Source of the DNA: Octopus sinensis | Lineage: Eukaryota | Reading direction: 5' to 3' | DNA length: 64,000 nucleotides | Assembly (NCBI RefSeq): GCF_006345805.1 | Contig: NC_043008.1 | Location: 18,414,001 to 18,478,000 of the forward strand | In this document: in pieces, positions 23,696 through 37,911 of the stretch | Position numbering within the stretch: the stretch's first letter is position 1 | How the letters are laid out: each line of letters starts with the position of its first letter | Position numbers and translations under genes: made by a program | Notes under the pieces: generated by a model | Seen by the model: only the letters and a program-made list of their open reading frames with translations | The model's database searches: none | Told to the model about the DNA's origin: nothing

Positions 23696-24247
23696 TGGCA
23701 CATCATATGTGATGTGATGTGTAAAGTCATGTGGTGTAGTGAGGAGAAGAGGGGGAGGGGGAGAAGAGGGGGGAGAGAAGGGGAGGGGAAGAAGAGGGAT
23801 AGATACACACACGCATGCACATGCGCGCGAGCACACACACATACATACACGCATGCAGATGTATCTATAGCCATTCAGAGTAACTAGTCACGTGAACTCT
23901 ATAATAGTTGCAAGGTGTATTTACTTGCATGAAGCTCGTGTTTCACGCTGTCGTTAATGGAAAACAGTGTTTTGAACAATTTCCTTAGTAGACAAAGACC
24001 ACGTGGGTGGCTGCATTGCATCCTCGCGTGACCCTTAGGTATTTTGTTAGTTTGATTGTTCGAATACCTATAGAAGTAGTTACGTCTGTGAGAAAACTGT
24101 TGGTGAATAACTAGTACGATTTTTTTTCTGCGTACAACTTCAATGTGTAGAATAATAATTTGATTTCAAGACAAAAAAGAAAATGCAATCTTCAATTCAG
24201 TAAACCGTCACACACACACACGCACACACAGCATCTATAAGTTTGTT

Positions 24248-24540
24248 TATATATATATATATATATATATACACATACACACACACATATATATATATAT
24301 ATACACATACACACATATATATATATACACATACACATATATATATATATATACACATACACATATATATATATATATATACACATACACACATATATAT
24401 ATATATATACACATACACACACATATATATATATATACACATACACACATATATATATATATACACATACACATATATATATATATACATACACACACAT
24501 ATATATATATACACATACACACACATATATATATACACAT

Positions 24541-24588
<48 letters not shown>

Positions 24589-24645
24589 CTATATATATAT
24601 ACACATACACACACACAGACATATATATATATATACATACACACG
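24248..24645. repeat. Higher-order compound (TA)n-CACATACAC minisatellite
   Basis: Roughly a dozen ~25-30-bp units of (TA)n followed by cacatacac(ac). Confidence 0.93.
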
Positions 24646-27280
24646 CATAATTTTAATCGGAAGAACTTACAAAGTGACTCCCAGAAAATTCATGACTGCT
24701 GTATGCTCTGTACAAGATTTTCGTGCTTTGTGTTATTTTTAACTTCCCAATTCAAAATATAGACAAAACATATATGCCAATATTTCGAGTTCTATTTATC
24801 TTGTCTTTACTAACAAACGTATATACACAAACATTATATATATATACTCACGCGCGCACACAGATAGCTGCATACGTATATAAAAGATTGCACTATTATA
24901 TGTACAGACGTTCTCTTTCCCCGATGTGTAGCATAACCCAGCATTTGCAACCCTTATTTATCCCAATTTTCAAATGTAAGAGAGACTGTGAAGTTGTATC
25001 GAGACGCAAATTAATGTACTTGATAACTGTATCTTCCCTTACATACATTCCATTCCCCTCAGCAGTTTAAGATAATGTTATACATTCTCTATATACTAGC
25101 CTGATTGTCTCAAGAAGACAATTTTGGTTCGCTCTTTAATCGTCTGCTGCCTATTACATTGTGGTGGCGGAAACGAAATGATGCATTTCTTTAGATTGTG
25201 ATGTGAGATTTGTGAAACGATCACTTTTAATCAACTATAGATAATTGTAGATAAGCTTAATGTTGTTACAGTTGAAATGCATGTGATATACTTGGCAGAG
25301 AAATGCATACTTAATGGTGACACGTAAGACCTAACTTGTTAATTATTGTCGGTGGATAAACCAAATTCTCTCTCTTTTTCTATTCCTTATTTTGTGAGAG
25401 AAATGTACCTTGAACGATGTTTTCCGCCGAAATACGGCTGAACATTCGCGTTATACGTTACTTTCGAAATTTTCTTGTCTTCTATGAGGTTATTTACTGC
25501 TATGTTATGTATGCATTCTTTCAACATGTTCGTCTTTATATAGAAGTAACCTTGTTACAGAACACATCTTGTTTAAACCCAACATTTATCAGATGTTAAG
25601 CTAAATGTCATTTTCAAATTTCGTCCTCATTATATGTTTATCAGTTTGCCTGTAAATGTACGAGTTCAAAAAGGCATTTATGTTATAGAAAGCACCCAAT
25701 ATAATTCAGAACCTTGTAGGTTAATTATTGTGTAGAAAATATTTAAACGAGGAGTGTGATTTTAAGCAATTGAAGAATTGTAGATCCCATGAAAACGTCT
25801 ACACTGAAATTCTGGTATTCATAGTAAACAGGTATTTTTATCACTGACATTTGTAAATGCTAGCTCACATTGAAAGAAGGTGACAGATTTGCTGGTTTCA
25901 TCATCGACGGCTGGATGATACGTTTCTAGTATCAGATGTTTGATTATCAAATCATTGGCCTAAGAGTAATAGAGAGGTGGATTACAGACGAGATCGTTGA
26001 AAATGATTTCAAGATTGGAAATCCGTAAATTCAGAGAAGCTTCTCGAAGACATGAAGAGGTCACCTGCTGCATGATATTTGACTTTTGCTCAGTATCAGC
26101 CTACCTAATATTCATTTACCCACTATGTGTTCATCGATTGTTATAAAAGTTGTTTGGCTATTTATTATTCGTGGGATCGAATCTGGAACAATAATTTTGC
26201 AAAATGAAATTTATAAACACACTCATTATTATAAAAAATACCTCTTTTATAATTATTGAAATAAATTACCAAAAAAAATATAAATAAATAAATAAGCTAA
26301 GCCGATTTATGAAGCGGAGAGTGATTTATCTGAATACTATATACGACAATATGAATAATTGACGACAAAAATATTAATACAAAAGATAATGTTATTTAAA
26401 AATAAAAATCGTGAATCATTCATAATTTCTGTTCATATTCTGAATTTAATTTTTCTGCTAATCGGCTAAACTGTCTTCTAGTAGGCTTAGAATTAATTTT
26501 TGCTAGTGTCGTCACACAGACGTAGGATTTGCGTTTATACTAATACGCATAGGAAAACTCTTGCATGATGCATTTTTTAAGTTTAGCGTTTAAATCCTCT
26601 TGAAGTGATTTTTCGTTTTGATTCTTATAGAATTGTTTCCAACTTAGATCAACCCGGCTTAAGATGATCTACGGTCAACGATAACTCAGGCCACAACTTT
26701 TTTGTATTTGTCACATGAACGTCTATATTATTTAACATTTGTTAACATTTCCATCCTTGATTTGAGGTGATAGGTTTTAATTTGGGATTATTTGGGTCTT
26801 TCCCAAGTATATTGAGTGACTGTGTGCATATGATAGATAAGTTTCTCTCATACCATACAATACTTTAAGAAATATGTGAAGAACGTATTGAGTATTAAAA
26901 GGAGAATGTTGTAGTCGCTGATATACACACACAAAAACAAATCAGGATAGTTAAGGCTGACATGTCTCAAGACATTCGTCTGCTTATTCATGGTTAACAT
27001 TGGGCTAAAACTGCAAGAACTCCAGTAATAAAGCAAATGGGAAAAGCTTAGTTTTCCCGCCCTCTTTGGCGGTTCATTAATACATGTTCCTTCGGTAATA
27101 AGCATTGGGATTAGTGAAATGTATTATGAAAATGTGATACTAGCATATTACTGTTAGAGTACGCGAATCGACAGCACGCCTGGTAATTAACTTAATTCGT
27201 TCAGTTACAAATCTTTCATTTACAATTCAAATCACGTCGCGGTTATATTTGTATATAAATAATATTTTTTTTAAATAAAT

Positions 27281-27524
27281 AAATGCGCCCTTTTAAAGCC
27301 TAGCCAGGCTCTTAGACCCGGTTTCCCGGTTTCAATGGCGTGTGTATTCCCCAGCTGGATGGGAAGCCAGTCCATCGCAGCGTTATTCATTTTTGCCAGC
27401 TACGTGGACTGGAGCAACGTGAAATGAAGTGGTTTGCTCAAGAACACAACGCATCGCCTGGTCCAGGAATCGAAACCACAATCTTACGATCTGACACCCT
27501 AACCTCTAAGCCACGCGCCTCCAC
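27281..27524 (-). mobile_element. tRNA-headed SINE, family B
   Basis: Matches 3552-3803 over its full length. Confidence 0.9.
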
Positions 27525-27719
27525 ATTTGTAAATAAAGAAGTTATATACTGTTAAAGAATTAATAGTTCATGTCGTGAAATCGTGACTTTGAATTAAACA
27601 ATAAATATGTAACTGATCGTGTTAATAGCATTGATGCTTCAGTGAGTGTTGGGCTTTCGCATTTGCTTTTGTTACTAGAGTTGTTGTTGCTGTTACTCTT
27701 ACTGTTGCTGTTGTTGCAG

Positions 27720-28063
27720 TTGAGCGAACGGTCTTCGTCCCAGAGATCGCAAGATGGGAGAAGTCCGAAACGTGGTCCTTTGCTAGTCGTAAGACCCGCA
27801 GAAGAGAGAGCAGGTCAACCCCCGACACCGAGAGCATTGACGGATGGATGAATACGCAGCCAGTCTGAGCGGTTGTGTAGGAAGTCGGGGGCAAGAAATA
27901 GGAAGAAAGAATGAGAGAAAGTTGGGGCGAAAGACTACAGCAGGGGTCGCCACCACCCCATGCCGGAGCCTGGTGTTTTCGCTCAATAAACACACATAAC
28001 TCCCGGTCTGGGAATCGAAACCGCGAGTCCGCTACGTTAACCACTGGGCCATTGCGCCTCCAC
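27720..28063 (-). mobile_element. tRNA-headed SINE, family E, tail type 1
   Basis: Head gtggaggcgcaatggcccagtggtt...gtttcgattcccagaccggg; flanked on both sides by (GTT/GCT)n. Confidence 0.88.
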
Positions 28064-28819
28064 TGTTGTTGCTGTTGCTGTTGTTGTAATATTTGCTTCA
28101 GCAGTTGTTTTAGCTCCTGCTAGCCGTAATCTGAGAGACCTATGATCTGTAACATTTTGGTCTCAGCCATTTCTCTATATCAACGACTGAAATATTGAAT
28201 ATACCCTTTGCATTTGTTTTCGTGTATAGTGTGGGGTGAGGGAAATTATGAGCTATTTCTCGCAATTTCTGCGATCACATAGAATCTCATTCATTAGCTG
28301 TATATAAACTCCGTGCTAAATTCGCGTCAGGGGTTTTTCAGGTACCAAATTCCATTAAAATTTATTAAGCTTTAGTTTGACAATCAGTCAGACTTGATGG
28401 AATATAAATAATGTAATTTATTTTTCGCTGGAATATACTGAAGAGATAAACTAAAACGTTTAAGATTTTCGATTATAAACAGTAAATTTAATTAATTTAG
28501 ACATTTTATAAACAAGAATCAAAGAGAAGATTGTGCACGTGTGCAGATCCGTGCATAGTATTTTTATCTAGGATTCATATTTGTAAATAGTTCAATTGAA
28601 TTGAATTTAATGTTTATAATAATAATAATAATAATAATTATTATTATTATTATTATTATTATTATAGTCTGCTCTCACAGAACGCTCTGAGAAGTAAAAC
28701 AAGAACAACAACAACAATGATAATAATAATAATGTCATAAACATTTTACTTTATGGTGTATTACTAATATAATTACGCTGTAGGTCTTTTCAAATTCTAA
28801 ATAATGGTTTCAAATGTTG

Positions 28820-29115
28820 ACACAAGGCCAGCAATTTCAAGAAATGGGGAAGTCGATTACAACGACCCCACTACTCAACTAGAACTTATTTTATCGCCCC
28901 GGATAAAATATACACAGAGAGGACAAACAAGGACAGACAAACGGATTAAGTCGATTATATCGACTCCAGTGCGTAACTGGTACTTATTTAATCAAGCCCG
29001 AAAGGATGAAAGGCAAAGTCGACCTCGGCGGAATTTGAATCCAGAACGCAGCGGCGGACGAAATACCACAAAGCATTTCGCCCAGCGTGACTAACGTTTC
29101 TGCCAGCTCGCCGCC
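28820..29115 (-). mobile_element. SINE A dimer with internal deletion
   Basis: Head, core, partial alpha tail, then second partial core and beta-type tail. Confidence 0.85.
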
Positions 29116-29384
29116 TTCCTTAGAAACACCACTTAGCTGCTGACTCGCCCCAACATCTCGTCCTATCACGTGCAATATACAATATGACGTTTTCATATTA
29201 CTCAATATACTTCACCGTAACATGCTTCCAATGTGGTGACAACATAATGCCAACGCCTGTTGAGAGAACGTTGGCTTAATAATAAAGAAAAATATTTATG
29301 TTATTTCGACGACATTATCAACATGTCACATGAGTGACCAAAATGTAGAAGACATCTCGAAGTATTTTTTATCTCGTCCAGGTA

Positions 29385-29545
29385 ACGAGCTGGCAAATGG
29401 TTAGTATTTTGTCCCTTCTTTACGTTCCGAGTTCAAATTCCACCGGGGTCCATGAATTATGTACCAGTTGTGTATCGGGGTCGATGCAATCGACTTATCC
29501 CTCCCCCGAAATTGCTGGCCCAGTACCCAAATTCGAAGCCAATAT
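29385..29545 (+). mobile_element. Degenerate, internally deleted SINE A
   Basis: acgagctggcaaatggttag...gagttcaaattcc...gtaccagtt..ggggtcgatgcaatcgac...ccctcccccgaaattgctgg. Confidence 0.8.
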
Positions 29546-31971
29546 TTTACGTCTCCTTGGAAATTATTTCAAAATGTGATTTCAGAAATTATTATGGATA
29601 ATGCATTTCATATCGAACTTCATTCCATCACTGTTACAGAGTTTTAATTATGTCTTTCTTTTTGTCATTAACTAGAAGTGATTCGAGTATGGGAACAAAT
29701 TTGTTTGCTTGTTTTATTTCGTTTATTTATTTTTGTTTCGTTTTTATCTACGGTGTTTCGTAATCGTCACTTGCAGCTTGATCAAAAAAATATATTTCGA
29801 AATATACTAAAGGTTATATCTATTAAAAAGGCTGACACAATATTTAATGACGGCGGTCTGCAAGGGGAGATTTTGTTAAAGCAAACCAACTCGTATATTA
29901 TTTATATATGGTTTGTATTTACGTGTGTTAAGATCTAAGATAACATTTATTTAGTTGCCATTATATTTTGTAGTTATTGCGATATTAAGTTGTAGCTCTT
30001 TAAACGTACCAATTAATGATTTATATGTTGATTATTTCCTTTATGTGTAACAAATTGCGAAACATTAACTTCTGTGTAGTCTTAATTCTAAAGTAATAAA
30101 TCTAGATGTAAGCTGATCTATGATAAATAATTCGACTAGACTACAGATATTTTCTACATGAAACTAGCCCATCACAACATCAAACGTATTATTGTGATAT
30201 TTCCCTCTTGCAGAGTCGGAAAACACTGTCATTCTAGCGGAAATATTACGTTAATAGCGCGGTTCTTTCTATGTCATTATAATTTCTAACTTTCGGGAAA
30301 GGTGGCCTTTGGTAGTAGAGAGCTAGAATTTCCCAATATGCAACAGAATTTGGAATATAGTTTTATCAATAGTGTTTCAGATTTAGGCTCAAGATCATGT
30401 TTCTATTGTTAGTATTACAAAAACAAGTTCTTGACTGTGTTTCTACTATAAAACCTAGAACTACACTTTCTGTCTTTGCTAAACAACGTATCTACGTAAT
30501 TAATATTCATCGCCTCAATCTGGGGCATTTCGAATTGGTATTATTAACGCAGGTTTTTTTACGTGTTTGTTTACTTCCCCGAGTCTATATAAGATATATT
30601 AGCCCCACATAATATATTTTTTACAAGTCTTATATATACTTTGCATTTAGCTAAGCACTGCAACTTATAATCTCGTTTAAGACATGTGGCGACTACTTCC
30701 ATTTCATAAAAAGATTTTGTTATCGTATAGTTTGTGATGAATCTACGGTATGTAATTTTCGGCAAGTTTGTTTTTCATAAGATTGATGTGTTTTAATATA
30801 GCCTATGCATTAGTTTTGTTTTGTATGGTAATGTGTAGGTTTTGTTATAATGCTTAACAGGTAGTATATCTATTTGCATTTACATTGAAAATAATTACTG
30901 AATTTTTTAAACTAAGTAAATGAAGAAAATAGAAATAAATATACTTATAACTTATAACCTGTATACTAAAGTATTTTTTTATCATTCTTTCTCTATTTCT
31001 CGCCCTCTCACTTTTTCGGTCTCTTTCTTTCCATCTCTCTCTTTCGCTCTCTCTCACTCTTTCTCTCTCCCACTTACTCTCTAGACAGCGTATCGATCTA
31101 TGATTAACATGTTCTGTTATGTGCCATATAATGGCTGCACGACGGAACACCAGCATCTCGATACGTGAATGCTCAATAGATTTCAAATAGTTGAAGATGA
31201 AAAAACAATGCAACTACATGTTATGTAATATAAAAAAGCGTATGTTTGCATTCCACAAACCGACATCACGTATATCTCTATAACTGATGACCAGTTCAGT
31301 TTGTCGGTTAATTATCAATATCGGATATTATATATTATAAACTGTTAGGTGGTTATGTATTCGTCACAGCCTTGTTTTCTTTTTAATTGGAGAATTGAAC
31401 GATTCTCTCCAGTACGGACTGTGCCATGTCAGTTGTTACGTTAAGAGGAGAAATTGCTGACAGTTTTCAACTATAATACGTAACAAATTTTCCCATTGGC
31501 TTGATATCTTGAATAGGAATGTACAAATCGTTCGCAAATATTGATAACAAAATTACTATCTCTAAAGGTACATTTTGTTCAAAACAAGATAAAATGTGTT
31601 TTATATAGGCTCAAATAGAATGAATTATTTGTAATTGTCTCATACCACGGAAGAATAGAAACACCTGGTTTGTAGTCTATTACTGTATTCATTAAACTCG
31701 TTGGATCTTGAAATTTCTTCAGTTGTAAGCTGGTTTAACGATATTACTTTGTCTTAAAGAGATATCTCCTGCAGCTGAGATTTCTCTATATTAATTCTCA
31801 TTATATTATATCTATTTCTGTTTTGCTCATTTACTTAGTTCTTTTAAAAGCCGGTAGGTGTCCTACAGTATACATACACAGTGTGGCCAATGCTGTCCTT
31901 TGAAGTAACAACCACGTGATGTGAGTTGATGCAATTATGCATACGATGTCCACGATGTTTCATTACACATT

Positions 31972-32079
31972 TATTATTATTATTAGTAGTAGTAGTAGTA
32001 GATTTGTTTTCGTACTGTTATGTTTACTGCATTGAAAGTGTTTTACGTAGGATGTGTGTAGTATCTAGTAGAGCTACAT

Positions 32080-32135
<56 letters not shown>

Positions 32136-32505
32136 TCGTAAGCCCTGATGCTTTCGTTATGTATGAATATGTATAGTTTTTAATCTCATTTAATGCACCT
32201 ATTATCATAGGGATTGAATTTTTATTATTTATTAGGCTCTACATTCGGATTGTCTTTATTTCCAGATCTTTGTACTTTGAGAGTTTCTACGTTTCTTGTA
32301 GAGATATATTGTCATCTGTTGAGATTTATGCGGCGTTGACTAGAAGGCATTTTTTTCTTGATGATTCTGACTACTATATCTAGTCTGCTAGCCTTGATCT
32401 CTGTGTCTGTGTGCATTGGTGTATCCCACATTATGGTTGCTTTGTGATTTTCTAAGACCTTTTCTGGGATATGCCAAGACGAGCTTTTCTCTGATGTCAT
32501 TTCGA
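31972..32505 (-). mobile_element. R4/Dong-type LINE 3' fragment (restriction-like endonuclease domain)
   Basis: WHIPEKVLENHKATIMWDTPMHTDTEIKASRLDIVV...KLSKYKDLEIK...IIGAL...QNVALLDTTHILRKTLSMQ*, then a (TAC)n(TAA)n tail. Confidence 0.88.
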
Positions 32506-32519
32506 TAATGAAACTGAGA

Positions 32520-33815
32520 AGATTTGAAAGAAGCCACGTAACTTAAATGCTAAATGAGCAAATAACGAGAGTAGTTGAGAAGGGGTATTAGTATGTGTTT
32601 TGAGGAACACTGGAAGGAAAAGCTGAATCAGATAAAACAGAAATTACAAATATAGAGAATAGGAGAGTTAGAAAAATGTCACAATCAAGGTTGAATATAA
32701 AAATGTGATTGAAGTCGTAAATGTCGAGTTTGAATCGTCGACTGTACAAAAAGTGACATTCAGAAACTTGAGTGAAAAACAGGGAAGCTGTTGACTATGT
32801 TTGGAATCCACCCTCCGAAAGCTGAACTAACTCGCTTGTACGTGATGAGAGACCAAAGCAGAAGTGACTTAATTGCTGCCTAAGAATGCGTAGTGATGGA
32901 AATAAAGTGTCTACTAAAATATTTACTGAGCAGCCCAGAGAAATTACTAAAGGTATTAATTCAAGAACAGGTAATCAAATGTGGAATAAGAAAAAAGAAC
33001 AAGAATGAAATTCAAAAACTGCATGGTAAGCAGATTGATGAGAACGGTAAGTTTTGAATGCCACTGAGGATAAAAGTGGAACGGAACGCTGGGATTGGTT
33101 GAAAAAGTAGCTTAAGATTAAGCGCTATAAACAAACACCTTGAGAAAATATGTGTATTGGGAGACAGTGTCAGTTAAATATAGAGGCTGTGGAATTTGTT
33201 ATGAAACAATGTCACACATTGTTGCAGAATGTACCAAGTTGGCTCAGGGATAATGTAAGAAAGAGGGGCGTGGCCAAGTTGAGAAAGTTTTGAACAGGAA
33301 TCTTTGTCAGAAATGGAGGTTTGAAGCTGAAAATAATTGTATAATCTTCGAGTTGAAAGAATACTCGAGTTGGAAAAATGCAAGATTTTATTGACTTTTT
33401 TCCAGTTCACACGGATATGAAGATAAAAAAAATAATGAAACAAAATAAAATACTACAAAACAAAGAAATCTGAATTTACTTACTGACTGATCTAGCATGT
33501 CCGTTTGATTCCAGGACTATGAAGAAAAAGAAGGAAATTTTAAAGTTCCAGTTCGTTCAAATTTAAAATTTCGATAGTTTGGAACATGAAAACTTTAATG
33601 ATGCATTACTAATGATATAAACAAATGTTTGAAGGGGACTGGAATGTCCTGTAAAGCTTCTCCAAAAGTTTTGCCTTCTAGGAACAGGAAATATCATCAA
33701 AAATATTTTGAGCACTTGAAACCCTATTGAAAGATTGTGGATATCTCAGGTTAAAGGCAGTGAAACATTACCCACATAAGTTATACCTGGAATCAGACTA
33801 GTCTTGAGTCGAATC
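32520..33815 (+). mobile_element. R4/Dong-type LINE 3' fragment (post-RT region, zinc knuckle, RLE), decayed
   Basis: LTMFGIHPPKAELTRLYV (32791); YRGCGICYETMSHIVAECTKLAQ (33179); ERILELEKCKILL; LTDLACPFDSR. Confidence 0.82.
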
Positions 33816-33904
33816 ATCATCATCATTATCATCATCATTCCAGTGGAAGTGGATATCATAATTGACAGAATTCTAGGCAAAATGTTTTAAAATCATCATC
33901 ATCA

Positions 33905-33961
<57 letters not shown>

Positions 33962-34009
33962 CAGTGGATATCATAATTGACAGAATTCTAGGCAAAATAT
34001 TTTAAAATC
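33813..34009. repeat. Duplication of a 51-bp unique segment alternating with (ATC)n/(ATT)n
   Basis: ttccagtggatatcataattgacagaattctaggcaaaat.ttttaaaatc at 33838-33894 (with an extra agtgga) and 33959-34009. Confidence 0.9.
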
Positions 34010-36313
34010 TTCATTTATTCTAGGGACAACATCAAACGTCCATCCTTCCGGAGTTGATAATACAGTTTCCTTTAAATACACGTATCGATTTAATCCACTA
34101 AACAAAATTCTCCATGAATTTCTGTCCTTGTGCTTATAATAAAATTGACTATAATTCTTATCTCCAAGACATGCCAAAACGAATGTCCAGACAACTTATC
34201 TGGCTGGCATGGTGCCAATCAACGAAGAAACCATTTTGCATGATAAAATACACATTGTTTACGTTAAAACTAGCAAAATCGCTTCAAAATGTAGTTAAGC
34301 ACCCTTTTGTCCATCAATCCTTTCATAAAAGAACGAGATGTATTTATTTGTAAATATTTATTTAAATAGTCTCTGAGACATTTATATATTTGCCATCCTT
34401 GTATCGTCAAAATATTTATTTACTTGTTACTTCATTTTTTGTTTCGTTTCGTTTCTTTCCAAAGTGGTTTTACATTGTTCGAGCTGTTTGTATTGTTCAA
34501 GAATTTAGACTAAAAAATAAAAAAATATCTATTTGTTTTTTTAAAGTTTTACACAAAATGTTTACATTGTCTACTGCTATAAAATATAAAATTATAGATA
34601 AAAAAAACAAGAGACAAACAGACAGCAATTTCTTTTTACGCAAGAAAAGCATCTACTTTAGCTATTATATGAAAAGAAAGATTATTTCAGAAATGATTAA
34701 TCCCATCCTTCACTCGCCGAGAATTACCGATTTAAGAATGACCGTTTTGCTGAAAATCCCCAATATAGACCCACCTTCGCTCATTTTTTCCATTAACATT
34801 ATTATTTCTTTTTCTTCTAAATAATTGCTTTATCTATTTCTTAAGAGAATTTAAAATAACAAGTTGAATATTTAATATAATCTAAAGCAGCCAGTCTCGT
34901 AGAACACGAGGTAAGCTCATAGTAATATCTCCAGACAGTGATCAAATTCCATTGTGCTGTCGAAGTAAAATCAATTTATGCATTTACTTGATTTATTCTT
35001 ATAAATTATGAACATCACCCCCACCACCCCACATCGACTTTTGTAAAAGCGAAATCAATAATTGTTGCTATTTAATCACAGGAGATCAAAAAAAAAAAAA
35101 TACAATAGGAAATCCTTTAAACCAAAAATCACTTTCCGCTTTTAATCCGAAATGAAGAAATGTTAATGCGAATCAAAGCTAGATTTACAGTCCTTAGTTA
35201 AAACCTATGAGGTAAATATTGGCCCATTATGTGTAATCAGAAGAAAGTAAGCATTATTTAATATGAAACAAAGTGTGCCGTAAAATAAGATGCCGGTTTC
35301 ATTTCACTTCATTCATGTGTAATCGATTTTCATTCCAATCTGTACGTGTGTCTCTCTTACCAAAAACACCCGAAGGAAGTTAACTAAACGGAAAATATGT
35401 TTTCGAATGTTTTCTCAAACCCCATCGCTTTCTGGTTTATGTTACTATTGCTAAATAGCTATCACCAAGGGCAGATATGAGTGTCCAGTACTGTCTGTTG
35501 TACGTCAAATATAATGAAATATATTTAAAACTGAGCAATGTGAAACTCAAAACCAAGAGGACCTTCAATAGATTTATTTTCAGTTTTAAAACGCTTCCAG
35601 TGATTACATCCATATTTCATACGGCGGTTTGGTGGACATTACCTTTCATTAAACCAAAGGCAAAATATTATTAAGTATAAACGAATTACTACTGTCGAAT
35701 AAATAGATAACTGACACTTCTTTGAAATCCTAGCAGTGCCACTAGATAATAAATTATTATCGCCAGTATCTTATACATGAACTAGAAGACGAGGCTTTTA
35801 CAATTTCACTCAACCTGCTAGAAAACGTAGACTAGTTTCCTCTAATTACAATATTATACCTTAACAATATCTATGTATACATTACGTAAAAACAGATGGA
35901 ATGGGCAGGTCTCAAATGCTATTAATTACAAGTTCGATCGATATAGATTTAGTATAGGACAGCAAACAAAAATCGGGGAATTTCTCTTTTTGATTGTTCA
36001 ACTGCCCAGAGATTGAAGGCATTTATCTCTCTATCAAATCGTTCTTAACTAAGGGCACATTAGAAAATATCAATAAAAAGATGATATGGTTATGGCCATG
36101 GATAAACTGAAAATCTCATGATTTTCCTTTCATTCAGCATCGTTAGATGCAGGGATGAATGTTAATTACGGCATGAGACTACAAAGAAAAACAAAAAAGC
36201 ACCATTACTTTCCACCGTTGGTATACAACTGAGAATTTCCTCTTATATGCGTACTCAATATTTAATTTTATTTTAAAAGATCAAGTGTCACAAGCACCGT
36301 AGGAATTTTGTTC

Positions 36314-36396
<83 letters not shown>

Positions 36397-36484
36397 CACA
36401 GGTGTGTGTGAGTGTTTGTGTATATGTATGTGAGAATATATTATGTGTGTGTGTATTTAGATATGTATATATATATATATACAC

Positions 36485-36552
36485 GACGGGCTTCTTTCAG
36501 TTTCCGTCCACCAAATTCACTCACAAGGATTTGGTCGGCCCGAGGCTATAAT
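36485..36552 (-). mobile_element. SINE D fragment at the end of the Penelope-like element
   Basis: gacgggcttctttcagtttccgtccaccaaattcactcacaaggatttggtcggcccgaggctata. Confidence 0.85.
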
Positions 36553-36554
36553 AT

Positions 36555-37911
36555 ATCTACCTATATAAAAAAAGACATCGGCACCTGAAGTAATTTTACA
36601 CTGGTATTTAAAATTTTTAATCTTAGAATTACTAGACATAAACTTATTTCTGTTGGAATTGACTTCAGGGACAATAACCTTGTTATTAATATTTCTAGGG
36701 AGATGGTAGGTATTAGTTAAATTAATGTTAGTATTAGTAATGGGATTCTTATTTAACAGATTAATATTATGTGAGGAGATAATTTGTGAGAGATTTTTTG
36801 TGTTGGAAAAATCAATCATAACCGTGAGCGAGTTGATAACAGAGTAATACCTAGAATTCTTTGGAAAATTCCTAATAATAGTTTCCCGAAACTGGAAAGG
36901 AAAATTAGATTTAATTTGTCTCCCATAAGGAATAATCAACCAAATAGTTTTGTAACTAGTTGCCTTATTTTTAGTGTGACTATCTTTAAAAGACATCGAT
37001 TTACCTTTAGAATAAAAAGGGGGGGGGTTAAATAAGGGTTATCTCCCTTCCTTTGATGTTGGTGTACAAATTAAAATTGATATCGTTTATATCCTTACAA
37101 CTAGATTTCATATTTTTACTACTAAGGTACAATAAGATTGAATGGAATTAATTTAGGTAACTTTATCTGTATAGCCTGCTTTAAGTAAGGCAGAGTTATA
37201 AAATTCAGCCCTGTCGTTGAAAATGTCAACATTAGCAGATAACTTAGACAATCTAAATGGAATATTCTTAACTAAATTCTTAGTGATTGCCCTAGAGTGA
37301 TTACTGAATTGGCTAATATACATAAGATTGGTAGATGGTTTGTAATATGGAAAGTACGAATTATTGTGTAAGGTAAGTATACTATCTAAAAAGTTGGCTT
37401 TCGTTACATCATCATCAAAACTGATGCCAAAGCCCATTCTACGTAAACATTTAACTAAATTATTCTTAAACTTTTGTACTTTTGGTCAGAAACATTTGGA
37501 AGGTAGAGTAAACAATCATCACGATAGAGACCTATATTGATGGTTGAGAACTGGTCTGCCATTTCATAAATTATATATATACCGACAAAAGGCGGCGAGC
37601 TGGCAGAAACGTTAGCACGCCGGCGAAATGCGTAGCCGTATTTCGTCTGTCGTTACGTTCTGAGTTCAAAATTCCGCCGAGGTCGACTTTGCCTTTCCTC
37701 CCTTCGGGGTCGATAAATAAAGTATCAGTTTCGCACTGGGGTCGATGTAATCGACTTAATCCCTTTGTCTGTCCTTGTTTGTCCCCTCTATGTTTAGCCC
37801 CTTGTGGGCAGTAAAGAAATATATATATATACCGACAAAGCAGCTATTTGTGCTGAATCAGAAACATGTGTCAAAAGTAACATAATTTGAATAACACCTT
37901 CGTTGAACTCC

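Larger units (their letters stand above)
23048..23700 (-). mobile_element. Penelope-associated terminal-repeat-like element carrying a hammerhead-like motif, copy 1
   Basis: Homologous to 47940-48362 (tcgccatg..tagc.act..., gaagagcgta.gctcgaaacgttaaagac, ctaataca); abuts (TA)n. Confidence 0.65.
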
